From: Camelus dromedarius
Taxonomy: Eukaryota
Length of the DNA: 64,000 bases
NCBI RefSeq assembly: GCF_036321535.1
Contig: NC_087447.1
Coordinates: 46,936,001-47,000,000, forward strand
Direction of reading: 5' to 3'
Below the pieces are notes generated by a model that worked only from the letters and a program-made list of their open reading frames with translations, searched no databases and was not told where the DNA came from. Below are positions 49,034-61,600 of the stretch, one piece after another. The translations under genes were made by a program, and so were the position numbers. The first letter of the stretch is position 1. The number at the start of each line of letters is the position of its first letter.

Positions 49034-52000
49034 CAATACCCATTTAGTACCTTACTATAGGCCTGCCACTATTATAAGTAGAGGATATTCAACAGTAAAC
49101 AAACAAAACCGAAAAAAACAAAAAACAAAAAACCTCTCTCCTTGTGGTGATTCCATTTTAATGAGAGATAAAGATAGGTAAATAAAATGTATAGTTTTAA
49201 GATTGCAGTAAATTCTAAAGAGAATAAATAAATCAGAGAAGTGGAAATAAAATGTTGGCAGGGGAGATGTTTTATTTTAGTTAGGGGGAGCCAAGGAAGA
49301 CCTTACTGGGAAGGTGACTTTTGAGTAAAAGATCTGAAGAAAAAAAGAAAGGGAGCCCTATTCTGATATTTAGGTAAGAACATCAAGGAAAGAGCAAGTG
49401 CAAAGGGCCTAGAATGGCTGAAGCATAATGTTCTATGGGGAGAATGGGAGGAGATGAGGACAGACTAGGGCCAGATAGTACAGGTGGTCAGAACTCAATA
49501 AGGACTATGGCTTTCACCCCATGTTGAGGATCCTGTGAAGGGTTTTGAGCAGAGTATCCACACAATTTGATTTACATTTTAAGAGAGTTACTCTGGCTGT
49601 TTTGTGAAGAACAGATTCAGTGGGGACAATGGCCGAAGTGGGAGATCAGTTGGAAAGACAAGGGAGGTGCTGGTTTGGGAGGAACTTTCTGGAGTTCATT
49701 CTGGGGTATCCATTAGACACCCTTTAAGTTTGAGATGTCCATTAGAGTTGGCATGTTGAGGGGGCAGCAGGCCATATAGGTTTGAAGGTCAAGGGAGAGA
49801 TCAAGACTGGAAATACCAATTTGGGAGTCATCAGCACAGAGGTGGTGTTTAAAGCCATGAGACTGGATGAGATCCCCAAAGGAGTGAGTGTAGATGGAAA
49901 ATTGTTTCCTTCAAAATTCAGAATCTGAAGAAACCAGAAGCAGCAAACTAGACTGAGGAGGAAGGCAAAAAGGTAAGGAGAAAGCCAGGGAAGTTGGGTG
50001 ATATCCTGGAAACCAAGTAAAGAAGGGGTATCAGGAAGGAGATAGTGCTGCACTACAGTGGAGGTCTGTATAAAATTGTTTCTATTTGTTTCCTCAGTCG
50101 ACCATGAGCTCCTTGAGGGCACAGACTGAGTGGTTTCTATATCCTCAGGACCCAGCTTGACCACTCCATCTCCTAGATCTCTTATCTGTTCCTCCTGTGG
50201 GCTGCATCCCTGTTACTCTCTCCCCCTTCTTTTTTTCATTACATATCATTTCACTCAGGAGCCACCCTTTGCCTCCATCCTTCCTGACAGCTCTGGCCAC
50301 TAACCTACAGTTTCTGACCTACATCCTCAGCCAGGTTCAACAAGTCATGGCGACTGGGGGGAGGGGGAAAAGGGAGAGGAAGATGTGGAAATTTGGGGTG
50401 ATTCCCTATTTTTGGCTCAGGCAACTGGGTCAGTGAAGGTGCCATCTGCTTTACATTCATTATCCATCATTTACCCTTGCCAAGTGTTTGACTTTTTTTG
50501 TTTCATTTCAAGGATAATAAACTAAAACTCTGACAGGTTAAGAAATTTCCTCATATTCCTTCATTTGTTCTACCATTTGGTCAAAACTTATTGAGTGCCA
50601 CCCAAGTGCCAGACACTTAATAGGCCCTGGGGACAGAGAGATGAAGCAGGAATAATTCCTGTCCTAGAAAAAAATATAGCCTAGTGAAGACTAAGACAAT
50701 TATATACAATTATAGAAGAGGGTAATAAATGTTAAAATCACTGCATATAGAGAGTGTTATGAGAGCACAGAGGAAGGGAAGACGTATAGGTTCTGTATAA
50801 ACTGAATTTAGTCTTTGTTCCAGGGAAGGAAACATTTGAATGGGCCTTGAGAGATGAGTAGGAGTTAACCTGTTAGATAAATGGGAGAAGGTGATGCAGA
50901 AAAAGGCATATGGCATGCAAGGGCATAGAGTTAAAAGCAGATGATGTATTCGGAGAACAATGAGAATCCTTTTGGGCAGAACTAGCTGTCTGGGGATAGA
51001 GAGATGAGAAAGAATGTTACGGGGACTCAGATTGGGTAGGGCTTTGGTGGCCTGGAGATGGAGTGGATGGGATGGGAACCAGGCATTCCAGGTCTTACCG
51101 TGGCTCTATTGCTGACTTGCTGGAGACCACAGGGCAGGTCCATATGTAACATGTGGTGGATTTAAAGTTCACTGTCAGTCATTCTAGTCCCTCGATGCAC
51201 CTGCCTTCCTGATGTCAGCAAGTTGTTTCCCTATCTGCGGTTTCCGTGATACTCTGAAAAAAAAAATCTTTGTGTTCTTGGTTTATCATTTTGTTTCTAC
51301 TTTATGGGCCTTGTATGTCACAAGGCCATTTCAACTCAACTCCTCATTTATTTTCTAGTTAGGAAACTGTCATTGGGGCCTCTCCTGGGCTTGATTCTGA
51401 GTTTAGGATGGATGCATGAGTTAGAAGTGATCTCCATGGAATCTCTTCCAAGTCCCTAAAAAGCCAGCCCTAGGAGGGGTCCTCCAGCCAGGCCCCTATT
51501 TGCATGGGGGTTTGCACATATTTGCTTACCAAAGCAAAGGCTTCCTCATTCTGAACAAACTAAAAACAAACAAAAGGTGGGAAGAGAAACCCCTTGTGTT
51601 GGAGGCAAAGGCTGAGGGGACACAAACTACATAGGCATGCACATACAGTCACCATCACACATTCCCAGCACACACAGGGGTGCTAGGTAGAATAAAGGCC
51701 CCCCAAATATATCCATGTCCTAGTCCCAGAACCTGTAAACATGTTATCTTATATGGTAAAAGGGACTTTGCAGATGTGATTAAGATTAAGGACCTTTGAA
51801 TGGGGAGTGTAGCCCAGATTATTCAGGTGGACCCAATCTATTTATATGAGTCCTTAAAATGGGAGAATCTTTCCCAGCTTTGGTCAGAAAAAAAGAACAA
51901 TGTGAGGAAGGAAGAAGAGTCAGGGAGATGCCACACTGCTGACTTTGAAGACAGAGGAAGGCACCATGAGCCAAGGAATGCAGGCAGCTCTAGAAGCTGG

Positions 52001-52142
52001 AAAAGGCAAGGAAACTGATCTTCGGTCTAGAGCCTCCAGAAAGGAATATAGCCCTGCTGACATCCTGATGGTAGCCCAGTGAGACCCATGTTGGACTTTA
52101 ACTTATACAACTGTAAGATAATACATGTGTGCTGTTTTGTAG

Positions 52143-52669
52143 TGAGATGGGAAGCCCCATGAAAAAGATGGCAAGACCCCCAGGCAGGGCCACTACCCTC
52201 CTGCCAGCACCATTCGGTTCCCTGGCCCAGCGGCATTATTTCACTTTTTAAACTCTGAAACAGCTTACTTCTAGGAAAGCAGAACTTACCCCTAAGATTC
52301 TATTGGTTCCCTGAGCTAACTCCTGATTGGTCCATTTCTCTTACTCCTGATTGGTCCATTTTCCTCACTCCTGATTGGTCCATTTCTACAAAGCTTGTTC
52401 CTAATTAGTCACTTTTGTTATACCTTATTTGCATATGATGTTGCAAAATGTTGCAAAGTCTAAACTGGTATCCTATAAAAGCCTGTGTAAACCTACAGAC
52501 GGGGTCCAGAGCTTGGAGCGTTAACTCCTCTGGGCCTGCTGGCATAATAAACCTGAGTTCTCCAACCCTCTGAGTGCTGCTTGGTCTCTTGCCCAGATCC
52601 AGGTTGCTATCACAACTGAGCTATAACACTGAGCTGTAACACTGAGCTGTAACACAATTTGCTGCAACA
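52143..52669 (+). mobile_element. Young ERV1-type solo LTR with 4-bp TSD (GTAG)
   Basis: TG...CA ends, GTAG at 52139-52142 and 52670-52673, TATAAAA 52474, AATAAA 52546, tandem CCAAT-box repeats. Confidence 0.85.
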
Positions 52670-53180
52670 GTAGTAGGGAAGAACAAATCTGATTCCATAT
52701 TAGATCTATTCCTTTAGCTCTAACCCCATGCTCAGTTTCCCATGCTTAGTCATGCTAGTTCTGTACCTTTTGTAAAAGGATGTTGCCTATAACCTGAAAT
52801 ATACAGGACAGTCCATTCTCAAGGCTCTGACCTTTAAGAGTACAACACTTTCCCATTCATATGAAGATAAAAAGTTGCAGAAAAGAAAATAACATTTGTC
52901 TTGTTGGAGGTTTACAGGGACATCTTGACCTGACCACTTGGACAGCTGCAAGAACAAAGGATTCTGACACCAAGAAATTTGTAACAACCAACCACAACCC
53001 CTCCCCTTTTTAGTATAAAAGGAGCCTAGATTCTCACTTGAGGAAGATGGTTCTCCAGGACATTAGTCTGCCATCATCTCAGCCTGCTGGCTTTCCAAAT
53101 AAGGTCCTTGCCCCAACACCTTGTCTCCTGATTTATTGGCCTGTCGGGTGGTGAGCAGAATGAGTTTGGACTCAGTAACA
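52670..53180 (+). mobile_element. ERV1-type solo LTR, copy A (its first bases lie at 52138-52142)
   Basis: GGGAAGAACAAATCTG...GGACTCAGTAACA with TATAAAA box. Closely similar to 54022-54657. Confidence 0.8.
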
Positions 53181-54021
53181 TTTTAAGCCAAGAAATGTGT
53201 GGTAATTTGTTGTGGCACCAATAGAAAACTAGTACACAGGCAAATGCCTACATCTTCATGCCGAGAGAGATGCCAGATCACACTGTCATACACCCTCAGA
53301 CAGACCTAGGCAGGGAGACCCAGAGAGGTCCTCAGGCTCTCTTTGGAGGCTGAAGAGCAATGAGCCTTCAGGGGTGTGCTGTGGGGGTGAGTGCAGTCCT
53401 AAAGTCTGCTCCTTGTTTGTTGTGAGAAGGCATAGAGCAAAGCCCTCACCCTCTGACCAAATTTATCATAGCTTTGCCTTCACTCTACTCTTTCAGTCTT
53501 TACATCATAGTTTTACCAACCTTTATACCAACTTTTAAAAAAGGTTTTACCTTAGAAACAGTCTAGAACACAACACGAATGAACCTTGAGGACATCACAC
53601 TAAGTGAAATAAGCCAGTCACAGAAGGACAAAGACTGTATGGTCTCACTTATATGAGGTACCTATACTGAGAACTGAGAAGGCCAGTTCATGGACAGAAT
53701 GCAGAATGGTGGTTGCAGGGGCTGGCAGGGAATGGGTAGTAGGAGCTGTGTTTAACAGGTGCAGAGTTCTAGTTTGGGAAGATAAAAAAAAGTTCTGGAA
53801 GTGGATGGTGGTGATTGTTCACTGAACTGTACACTTAAAAATGGTAAGTTTTATATTATGCATATGTTACCACAATTTTTAGAATAAATTAATTTTTTAA
53901 AAAATCTGTTAAGCAGACACCATTTTGGAGAATGGACTCAGTGGGAAGCAACCAGCCACCTTTCTGCAGCTGCTGGAAACTCAGAGACCCTGGTTCCCTG
54001 ACATCTCTCTCTTGCTCCCAC

Positions 54022-54657
54022 TATAATACAGAGGAAAAAAATCTGACTCCATATTGGATCTGTTTCTTTTCCTTTAAGGCCTTTATATTCTATTCCTTTT
54101 GCTACAAGTTAAGAATGTTGCCTATGTCCAAAATATACAAGATAGCCCATTCTCAAGGCTCTGACATTTAAAGACATAACACTTTTCCATTTATATAGAG
54201 ATAAAAAGTTGCAGAACAGAGAATAACACTTGTCCTTTGGGGGGGCAGTAATTAGGTTTACTTATATATTTATTTTTAGAGTAGGTACTGGGGATTGAAC
54301 CCAGGACCCTGTATATGCTAAGCATGTGCTCTACCACTTGAGCTGTCCCTTCCCCCAACATTTGTCTTGTTGGAAGTTTACAGGAACATCATGACCTGAC
54401 CTACATGGACAGCTACAAGAACAAAAGATTCTGACACCAAGAAGTTTGCAACAGCCAACTACACCCCCTCCCTTTTAGTATAAAAGTAGCCTGAATTCTA
54501 ACTCGGGTAAAATGGTTTTCAGGAGACACCAGTCCACCATCTTCTCGATCTGCTGGCTTTCTGAATAAAGTCACCTTGCCCCAGTAACTCAATTTACTCA
54601 TCTTTCGATTTATTGGCCTGCTGTGTAGTGAGCAGTATGAGCTTGGACTCAGTAACA
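54022..54657 (+). mobile_element. ERV1-type solo LTR, copy B (same family as 52670-53180), interrupted by a SINE
   Basis: Shares CCATTCTCAAGGCTCTGAC, GATAAAAAGTTGCAGAA, GATTCTGACACCAAGAA and GGACTCAGTAACA with copy A. Confidence 0.8.
54239..54356 (-). mobile_element. tRNA-derived SINE (camelid Vic-type) inside LTR
   Basis: Reverse-complement SINE head GGGATTGAACCCAGG...CTCTACCACTTGAGCT, with TSD AACACTTGTCCT / AACATTTGTCTT. Confidence 0.85.
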
Positions 54658-55134
54658 ACATCTGCCACATCACTTGCCTCCATCTCTATGCAGCACTCTA
54701 GTCCTGACTGTCACCCCCATGTAACTCAGGCCACTGCAGTAACCAACTAGCTTCTTGTACCCACTCTGAACCTCACATAGGTTCAGAAACCTTTGCCTGG
54801 CTGCCCACTGCTATTACACTGTGAGCTTAAATCCTTGCCAAACAAGATCTGGCCCTGACTTTCTGTTCACTTTCACCTGGAGCCAACCTCCCCCTTGCTT
54901 TCTGCACCCCAATCACATCCCAATAGCTTTGCTGTTCTTCAGAGCCACAAAAACACTTCCTGCCTCAGGACCTTTGCACAATGCTTCCATCTGCCTGGAA
55001 CGCTGTACCCTTTCTCCAGTGGGCCAGCTCCTTCCTTCTGTTAGTCTCAGAGAGGCCCTCCCACCAGGCCTAGGTCAGGTTAGTTCTTCTTACACACTTC
55101 CCAGACATCTCCTCCTACAGCACGTTGCCTAATG

Positions 55135-55137
<3 letters not shown>

Positions 55138-55180
<43 letters not shown>
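55138..55180. repeat. (CA)n(TA)n compound microsatellite
   Basis: Read directly from the sequence. Confidence 0.9.
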
Positions 55181-55181
<1 letters not shown>

Positions 55182-55182
55182 T

Positions 55183-55900
55183 TTTATGGTAAAATATACA
55201 TAACATAAAATTTGCCATTTTAACCATTTTTGTCTATAATTCAGTGGCATTTAAGTACATTCACAATGATATGGAACCATCACCACCATCTACCTCTAGA
55301 ACTTCTTCATCTTCCCAAACTGGAATTCTGCACCCATTAAATAATAATTCCCCCTGTTTGAAATTTGCAAGTGTTAGCTACTATATATAAAAATAGATTT
55401 TTTAAAAAGTTTCTTCTGTATAGCACAGGGAGCTATATTCAATATATTATAATAACCTTTAATGAAAAAGAATATGAAAGCGGATATATATATGTATATG
55501 CATGACTGGGACATTGTGCTGTACACCAGAAATTGACACATTGTAACTGACTGCACTTCAATTAAAAAAAAAAATCCCCCGGCTCCCCACCCCCCCAGCC
55601 TCTGCAACCACCATTTTACTTTCTGTCTCTATGAATCTGACCACTTTAGGTACCTCATATAAGTGGAATCATACAGTATGTGTCCTTTTGTGACTCTTAT
55701 TTCACTTAGCATGTCTTTAAGTTGCATTCATATTGTAACATGTGTCAGAATTTACTTCCTTTTTATAGTTGAGTGATTTTCCATTGTTTGTGTAAATTGC
55801 ATTTTATCTATCCATTCAACCATTGAGGGACACTTGGTGTGCTTTCACCTTTTGGCTATTGTGGATAATGCTGCTATGAATGTGGTTGTGCAAATATCAC
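55183..55900 (-). mobile_element. L1MB-type 3' end (minus) containing a younger L1 3' UTR insertion (about 55355-55574, plus)
   Basis: The L1MB text TAACATAAAATTTGCCATTTTAACC...CATATAAGTGGAATCATACAGTA is split by CTGTATAGCACAGGGAGCTATATTC...GAAATTGACACATTGTAACTGAC plus poly(A). Confidence 0.8.
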
Positions 55901-56427
55901 TTAATTTTAGTTATATATTTAATTGTATGATTATTTGTTTAAATTGTGTCTCTCTTCCTAGTTTCTGGACGTCATGAGTGTTCACCAATGGATCCTCAAC
56001 ACTGAGCACAGTGCCCAGGCATCACCTGATGTTCAATAAATATTTGCTGAATGAATAAATGAATGACAGACCAAAATATACTGGACATATGCCACACCTG
56101 TAGTCTTCAGGGAAGGGCAGAGGACTTGGGTCTTGGATCTAGTACATTGATTTCTTATTGTGTGTTCTGACCTTGGCCTAGTCACTTCACCTCTGAACCT
56201 CAGTTTCCCTACATATAAGGGGACTGTCTTCCCCACAGGGCTCTTGTCAGGGTCAAATGAAATAATACATGTGATGAGGCTCTAGTTACTGCCCAGAGAG
56301 CTGCACAGTGACCTGGAGGCCTTGGCTGAAACATAGAGGGAGTGAGGAGACTCCATCTGAGAGAGCTGGACTAACAGGATTCTAGTCCAGCTCCAAGTCC
56401 ATCCAACCCCCGAGGTGACCCTGAGTC

Positions 56428-56866
56428 TGCATTAGTTTCTTATGGCTGCTATAACAAACTACCACAAATGTTGTAGCTTAAAACAACATGGATTTATTCT
56501 CTTACAGTTTTGGAAATCAGAAGTCTAAAATCAAGGTTTCAGTAGGACTGTATTCCTCCTGGAAGCTTCAGAAAAGCTCCACTTCCTTGCCTTTTCCAGC
56601 TCCCCAAGACCACCTGCATGTTTGTGCTGGTGGCACCTTTCTTGTATCACTCTAACCTCTAACTTCCACCTTTGTATCTTCTACTTCATTCTCTCATCTC
56701 CAGCCTCTCTCTTATAAGGACCCTTGTGATTATATTGGCCCATCCAGATCGTCCAGGATAATCTCTTTATCTCAAGATCTGTACCTTCATCACATCAGCA
56801 AAGTCCCTTTTGCCATACAAAGTAACATTCACAGATTCTGGATTAGGACATGGGCACAGGTACCAT
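56428..56866 (-). mobile_element. MLT1A/B-type MaLR LTR
   Basis: ATTAGTTTCTTATGGCTGCTATAACAAACTACCACAAA...CTTATAAGGACCCTTGTGATTATATTGG...GCAAAGTCCCTTTTGCCAT. Confidence 0.75.
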
Positions 56867-58654
56867 CCTTTTCCCACCTAGGCTTCAATCTTCTCTTCCA
56901 GAAAATAACAGCCTCCGTCCTGCCCTGCACTCCCTGCAGCCTCTCCTGGTGGAGTGTTCTCATGGAGCCAGGAACGTTGAGTAGAGACCAGGGAGTTAGT
57001 TCCTGACCACTCCAGCTCCCAAACTCACCCAATCTTGTCACAGGTAGTCACAGCCCCAGGACCTAACTGTCCCCAACCCCTGCTCTGCCCTTTCCTTCCA
57101 TTTCCTGGGCTTTTCCAGGCAGGCCAACCTCCTCCCACCCCAGTGACAACCAATCTTTCACAGAAAACACCCTTTATTACTGAATAGCAAATACGTACTG
57201 TCTCGACTATCTTTACCTGCACCCCCAACCCTGCACTCCAGGAATCTTGATCCAAATCTTTCTCCCACTCTCCCATATCCAATCCTCACTCATAGCCCCT
57301 TGGGGAAGTCATACATCATTTTACATTTCTCTCTATTTTACGGGTGGGGAAATTGAGGCTCTAACACTTCTGCCTCACTCCAGCTCCCTGCTCTCTTCTG
57401 CCATTGTCCCTTCTGTCCTCAACCTTTGGAACCAGGGCAGTTTCACCAAGATTCATTGCATCCAAACTAGGGGCAGTCTCAAATAAATCAAAATGAGAGG
57501 AGCCCCTAGAGATCATTCCGGCCCCTCCTCGACATTCACCATTCATTCAGAACACAAATGTTTCCTGAGACTCACTATACACCTGGCACTGTTCTAAGTT
57601 GGGAACAAAATGGACACAAATCCTTGCTCTCATGACTTTCACTTTGAAGAGGTGGGAACAATCATGTAAACAGGCAGTAATATCAGATGATGATAAACAT
57701 GGTGAAAAAGAATAAAGCCAAGGAAGGCAATGGAGCACACAGGGTGGTGACACCACATTCAAGAGGAGGTGGTCAGGAAAAGCTTCATTAGTAAGCAGAC
57801 ATTTGAACAGATTCCCAGAGAAGGAGCAAGCAAGGAGGAAGTGGGGGAAGACTGTAGACTGGAATCAGCATCACTTCCAGCAGCTGCTACCCAGCTTTCC
57901 TGCCGCAGGACCAGCCAGTGCCTCCCCCATCTTAGTCTCAGAAAATGGTGCAACATCTCCCCAGTCCATAAACCAGCAACCTGACAGTCATTTTTGTCCC
58001 TGATCTCTTTGCCTCTCCCCACACCCCAAAAGTCCCCAGGCCCTAGAGATTCTACATACTAAGTATCTCATGAATCCACTACTTCCCTCAAATACAAAAT
58101 TCTTTTTTGCCCAGCCCCCTCCAGCCCTACTCCATCCTCATCTCAGCAAGTGGCCACACACTATTCCAATCACTCAGACCAAAATGCCTTGCAGTCATCC
58201 TAATTCCTCCTTTTCTCCCACACCCAATATCCAAGCCATCAGCAAATCTCATTAGCTCTCCCCTCAAGTTACATCCAGATTCCCACCCTTCTCACTGCTT
58301 CCTCTGCCACCACCTACTCCTGGTTCAAGTTATGGTCGCCTTGAACCTGTGCTGTTCAAAATAGACCTTTATGTCCTTTGCTTGCTTTCCATTCTCCCTA
58401 GAATCTGTTTTTAAATCAGTGAGTTGGAAAAAAAAATTTCCATTGCATTCAGAGTAAAAGCTCAAGTCCTTACCCAATCTGACTAATGGAGCATTCTAGG
58501 TTCTGGTCTGGATCACACACCCCTGCCATGCACCCCGCTTCCTGCTTACCAGTCCCACTGGTCTCCTTGCTGTTTGTTCCTGGAATGCACTGAGTACATG
58601 TCTGCTTCAGGGCCTTTGGACTTACTGTTCCTTCTGCCTGGAACATTTCCCCCT

Positions 58655-61600
58655 TGTAGTATAAACTCTGACAATTTTTGTTTATTTTTCATAATAAAGT
58701 GCCTGACTTAAGCTTTGATTACCAAGGTGGCTAAAACAAAGGATATTTTGAATAAACAAACTGCTAGATAAAGAGCCAGGCCTCCTCCTGGAACTGAGGC
58801 TCCTTTGTTTTAGAGGTATTGATTGATCTCAATAACTGACCATTTGGGCCATTTGTTTTTTTTCTCTTCCCACACTTTAATTTCCTGCTCATATGTTTTA
58901 AATTCATCAATAAAGAGTGAGCCTGTGAAACCCTAGGTCCCCACCCTCAACCCCAATAAAAGCAGAACCCCAAACCCACACATTCTTTCTCCTTCTCTCC
59001 ACTTGGTTGCTCTATGCCCCAGGTGTGCTGTGTAATTTCCTGTAAGCAGACCTTTATTTTTTCAAAATTTCCTGGTGCTTACTGCTGCAAGGTGTCTTGC
59101 AATCATAATAAGAAATGTAAGGGCCAGTCCAGCCACAACTCTGTTTATTGACAGGCTGAAACACGCACAAAACAATCGGCATAGCTGGCAGACTGCTTGA
59201 TTGCCCTTGCAATTAACCAAGGGGAATGCCCTTTCCTACCTGCAACTTGCTTACTAACCATCCAACCCCGGAGAGTAACACCATCTGGAAAAGGAGCACC
59301 CCTTGCTGGGGGTCTGTTGCACTGGTGTGTGCTTTCACATGTTTCTTGGTGGTGTGGTATCCAACCCAAAAGGTCACAGCTGCCATAATAACCTAAAGAT
59401 CTCTCCAGAATGGTGTGATCAAGGCCAAATGGTCTAATGAGAAGATGAGACCACTAATTATATAAGGCCTTAATCGAATATTAAGGTGCCTAGGCGTCCT
59501 CCATGCCTCAAGGTCAAGTAGAGCTAAGGAGGGTAGGTTGAATTGCAAGGCTATTGTCACCACCCAAGGAGAGGCTCTGGGCTAAAGGCACTAGACTGTG
59601 TGTCCTAACCCAGAACAATGAAATAGCCTTGCAATCAGAAACCAATGGCACCACTAGAAGGAAAATACCATAGAGGCTTATGGTCTCTGTGTCACCACTT
59701 CACTCACTACTTGGTCATCTGACCTGATAGGATATGATGGGTCCAACTCTTGGCATGATGTTACTAAAAAATTTATTTAATAGACAAACATAAATGTCCT
59801 GAACATCTAGTGCTCATGTCTCCTAAGAACCCAGGTGCTTGATAAACACAAAACCCCACGGATGCTTCTTGGGTGTTACTAATGCCACGCACACCAACAT
59901 GCCAGAACTCTGGAATTATGCTCCAGAGGCCTAGTGGCTTTTCCCAAAGGTATGTGCACATCACGCTAGTGGAGGCAGACCCCAGTCCTGGAGAGGTCTC
60001 TGAGGACAGCCCCTGGAAAGGAAAGTAGCCAGCTACCAAGAGGGGTTACAGTGACATCATCCAAAAATTTTCTGGTATCAGCACATAAGATTAGGGTAAC
60101 AGGATGAAAACCAGAAGTAGAAACTATTTTTAAGTAGACATCCTTAGAATTTTGCTAAGTTAAATGATGGGAATTCATTGAATGTCTAGATCATTTCCAA
60201 ATATAAAATGCTGAAATGGTAATTGCTAAATAAGTCTAAGTTTACCTAATTTTGACCTCTTTTTACAGAAGAAATGATACTTTATTCCATTAGTCCTGTG
60301 CCACTGAAAAACTATACTATAATAAAATATGTGCTTCTGGAAATTATAAAATGTAAATATGCCAATAGAAAGAATGCTGATTTACCATATAGTTCAAAAT
60401 TGCTTACTTCTTAATGTTCACTAGAAATTAAGGTTTCTAAGGGTTAAGAATTATAATTAATACATGTAGTTAAAGCTACTAGAAATAAGAAAGTAAACAA
60501 CTCTGCATGCAAGGAAAGTAGGATATATTTTTTGACTTAGAGAAGGTGTGAGGTATAGAGATGCATTTTTGATAAGAGAAAAGAAAATAATTCTTTCCTA
60601 AAGTAAAACTGGTTATTTCAGAATGGGAAAGAGGGAAATAAAGGCTGAAATGGCACAGAAAGTTGGGAAGGAAGAGAAAGAGAAAATTTTACTTTGTGTG
60701 GTCAGGTTGGCTAAAATGGAATTATCATTATAAGGTTTTTTTTAAAAATAGACTTTAATATCAATAATATGCATATGTAATTTTCTTTCATCTGCTAAAA
60801 GGACAAAGTTATCTTGGAGTATTGATCTGCTCCTGATAAAAGCTTATGAAAGGATATTCTTTACCTTTTAAGTAATCTGGCTAGAAAGCAAAGATTTTGT
60901 GTTTTACCAAAATAATTTCCTGTGCTTCATGTTGTCTTAATCAGGTCTTTGACTACTGAAGAAAACTGAGTCTTCTTAATACTGAAAGAATTAATTTTTG
61001 CTCACAACTATGTAACCTTCTATATTTGCCTTTAAAATCTTCTGCCATTTTGGTTAAGTAGATAATTAAGTATTGTTTTATAATGATCTGTGGTCCTATT
61101 TAGTTAAGGGTCCAACACCTTTTCATATTTTGGACAGACTTCCCAAAATCAAATTCTAAGTGAAGTCTCTTTGAACTGGAAGTAACATTAAGATTTTCCA
61201 GAGGACTCCTGAAATATCACAAAAAATTTGTTATTTCTCCTTATAAAAAGAGAGACATTAAACTAATTAGGTTTATTTATTAAATTACATGGGAAATATT
61301 ATCAAATAAGAAATAATGCTAAACCTTCTTTATTGATATCCTGGAATGGACATATTTTATTAATGTAAGTGTTCTAGAGGGGAGGGTATTGCTCAGTGGT
61401 AGTGTGCTTAGCATGCATGAGGTCCTGGGTTCAATCCCCAGTACTTTCACTAAAAAAATTTTTTTAATATATAAGTGTTCTAGGAGTTATATGAAATTCC
61501 TAAAGTCTGATATGTAACGTTATCAGTCATAATTCCAGTTATCAACTTCAAATGTGTATCACAGAAATAACCAAATTTCATTGTCAACTGCATTATAATT

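Larger units (their letters stand above)
51681..53235 (+). mobile_element. MLT1D-like MaLR LTR, split by two nested ERV1 LTRs
   Basis: AAGGGACTTTGCAGATGTGATTAAG...GGAATGCAGGCAGCTCTAGAAGCTGGAAAAGGCAAGGAAAC to 52137, resuming at 53181 with TTTTAAGCC...AATAGAAAACTAGTACA. Confidence 0.8.

Noticed and set aside
52319..52390. Regularly spaced repeats as a CRISPR-like array
   Set aside because: Mammalian DNA; these are tandem enhancer repeats inside an LTR U3 with no unique spacers.
52670..54657. Two similar LTRs as a complete provirus
   Set aside because: The roughly 840 bp between them is MLT1D tail, unique DNA and an L1 3' end. I see no PBS, internal region or shared TSD, so they are independent solo LTRs.
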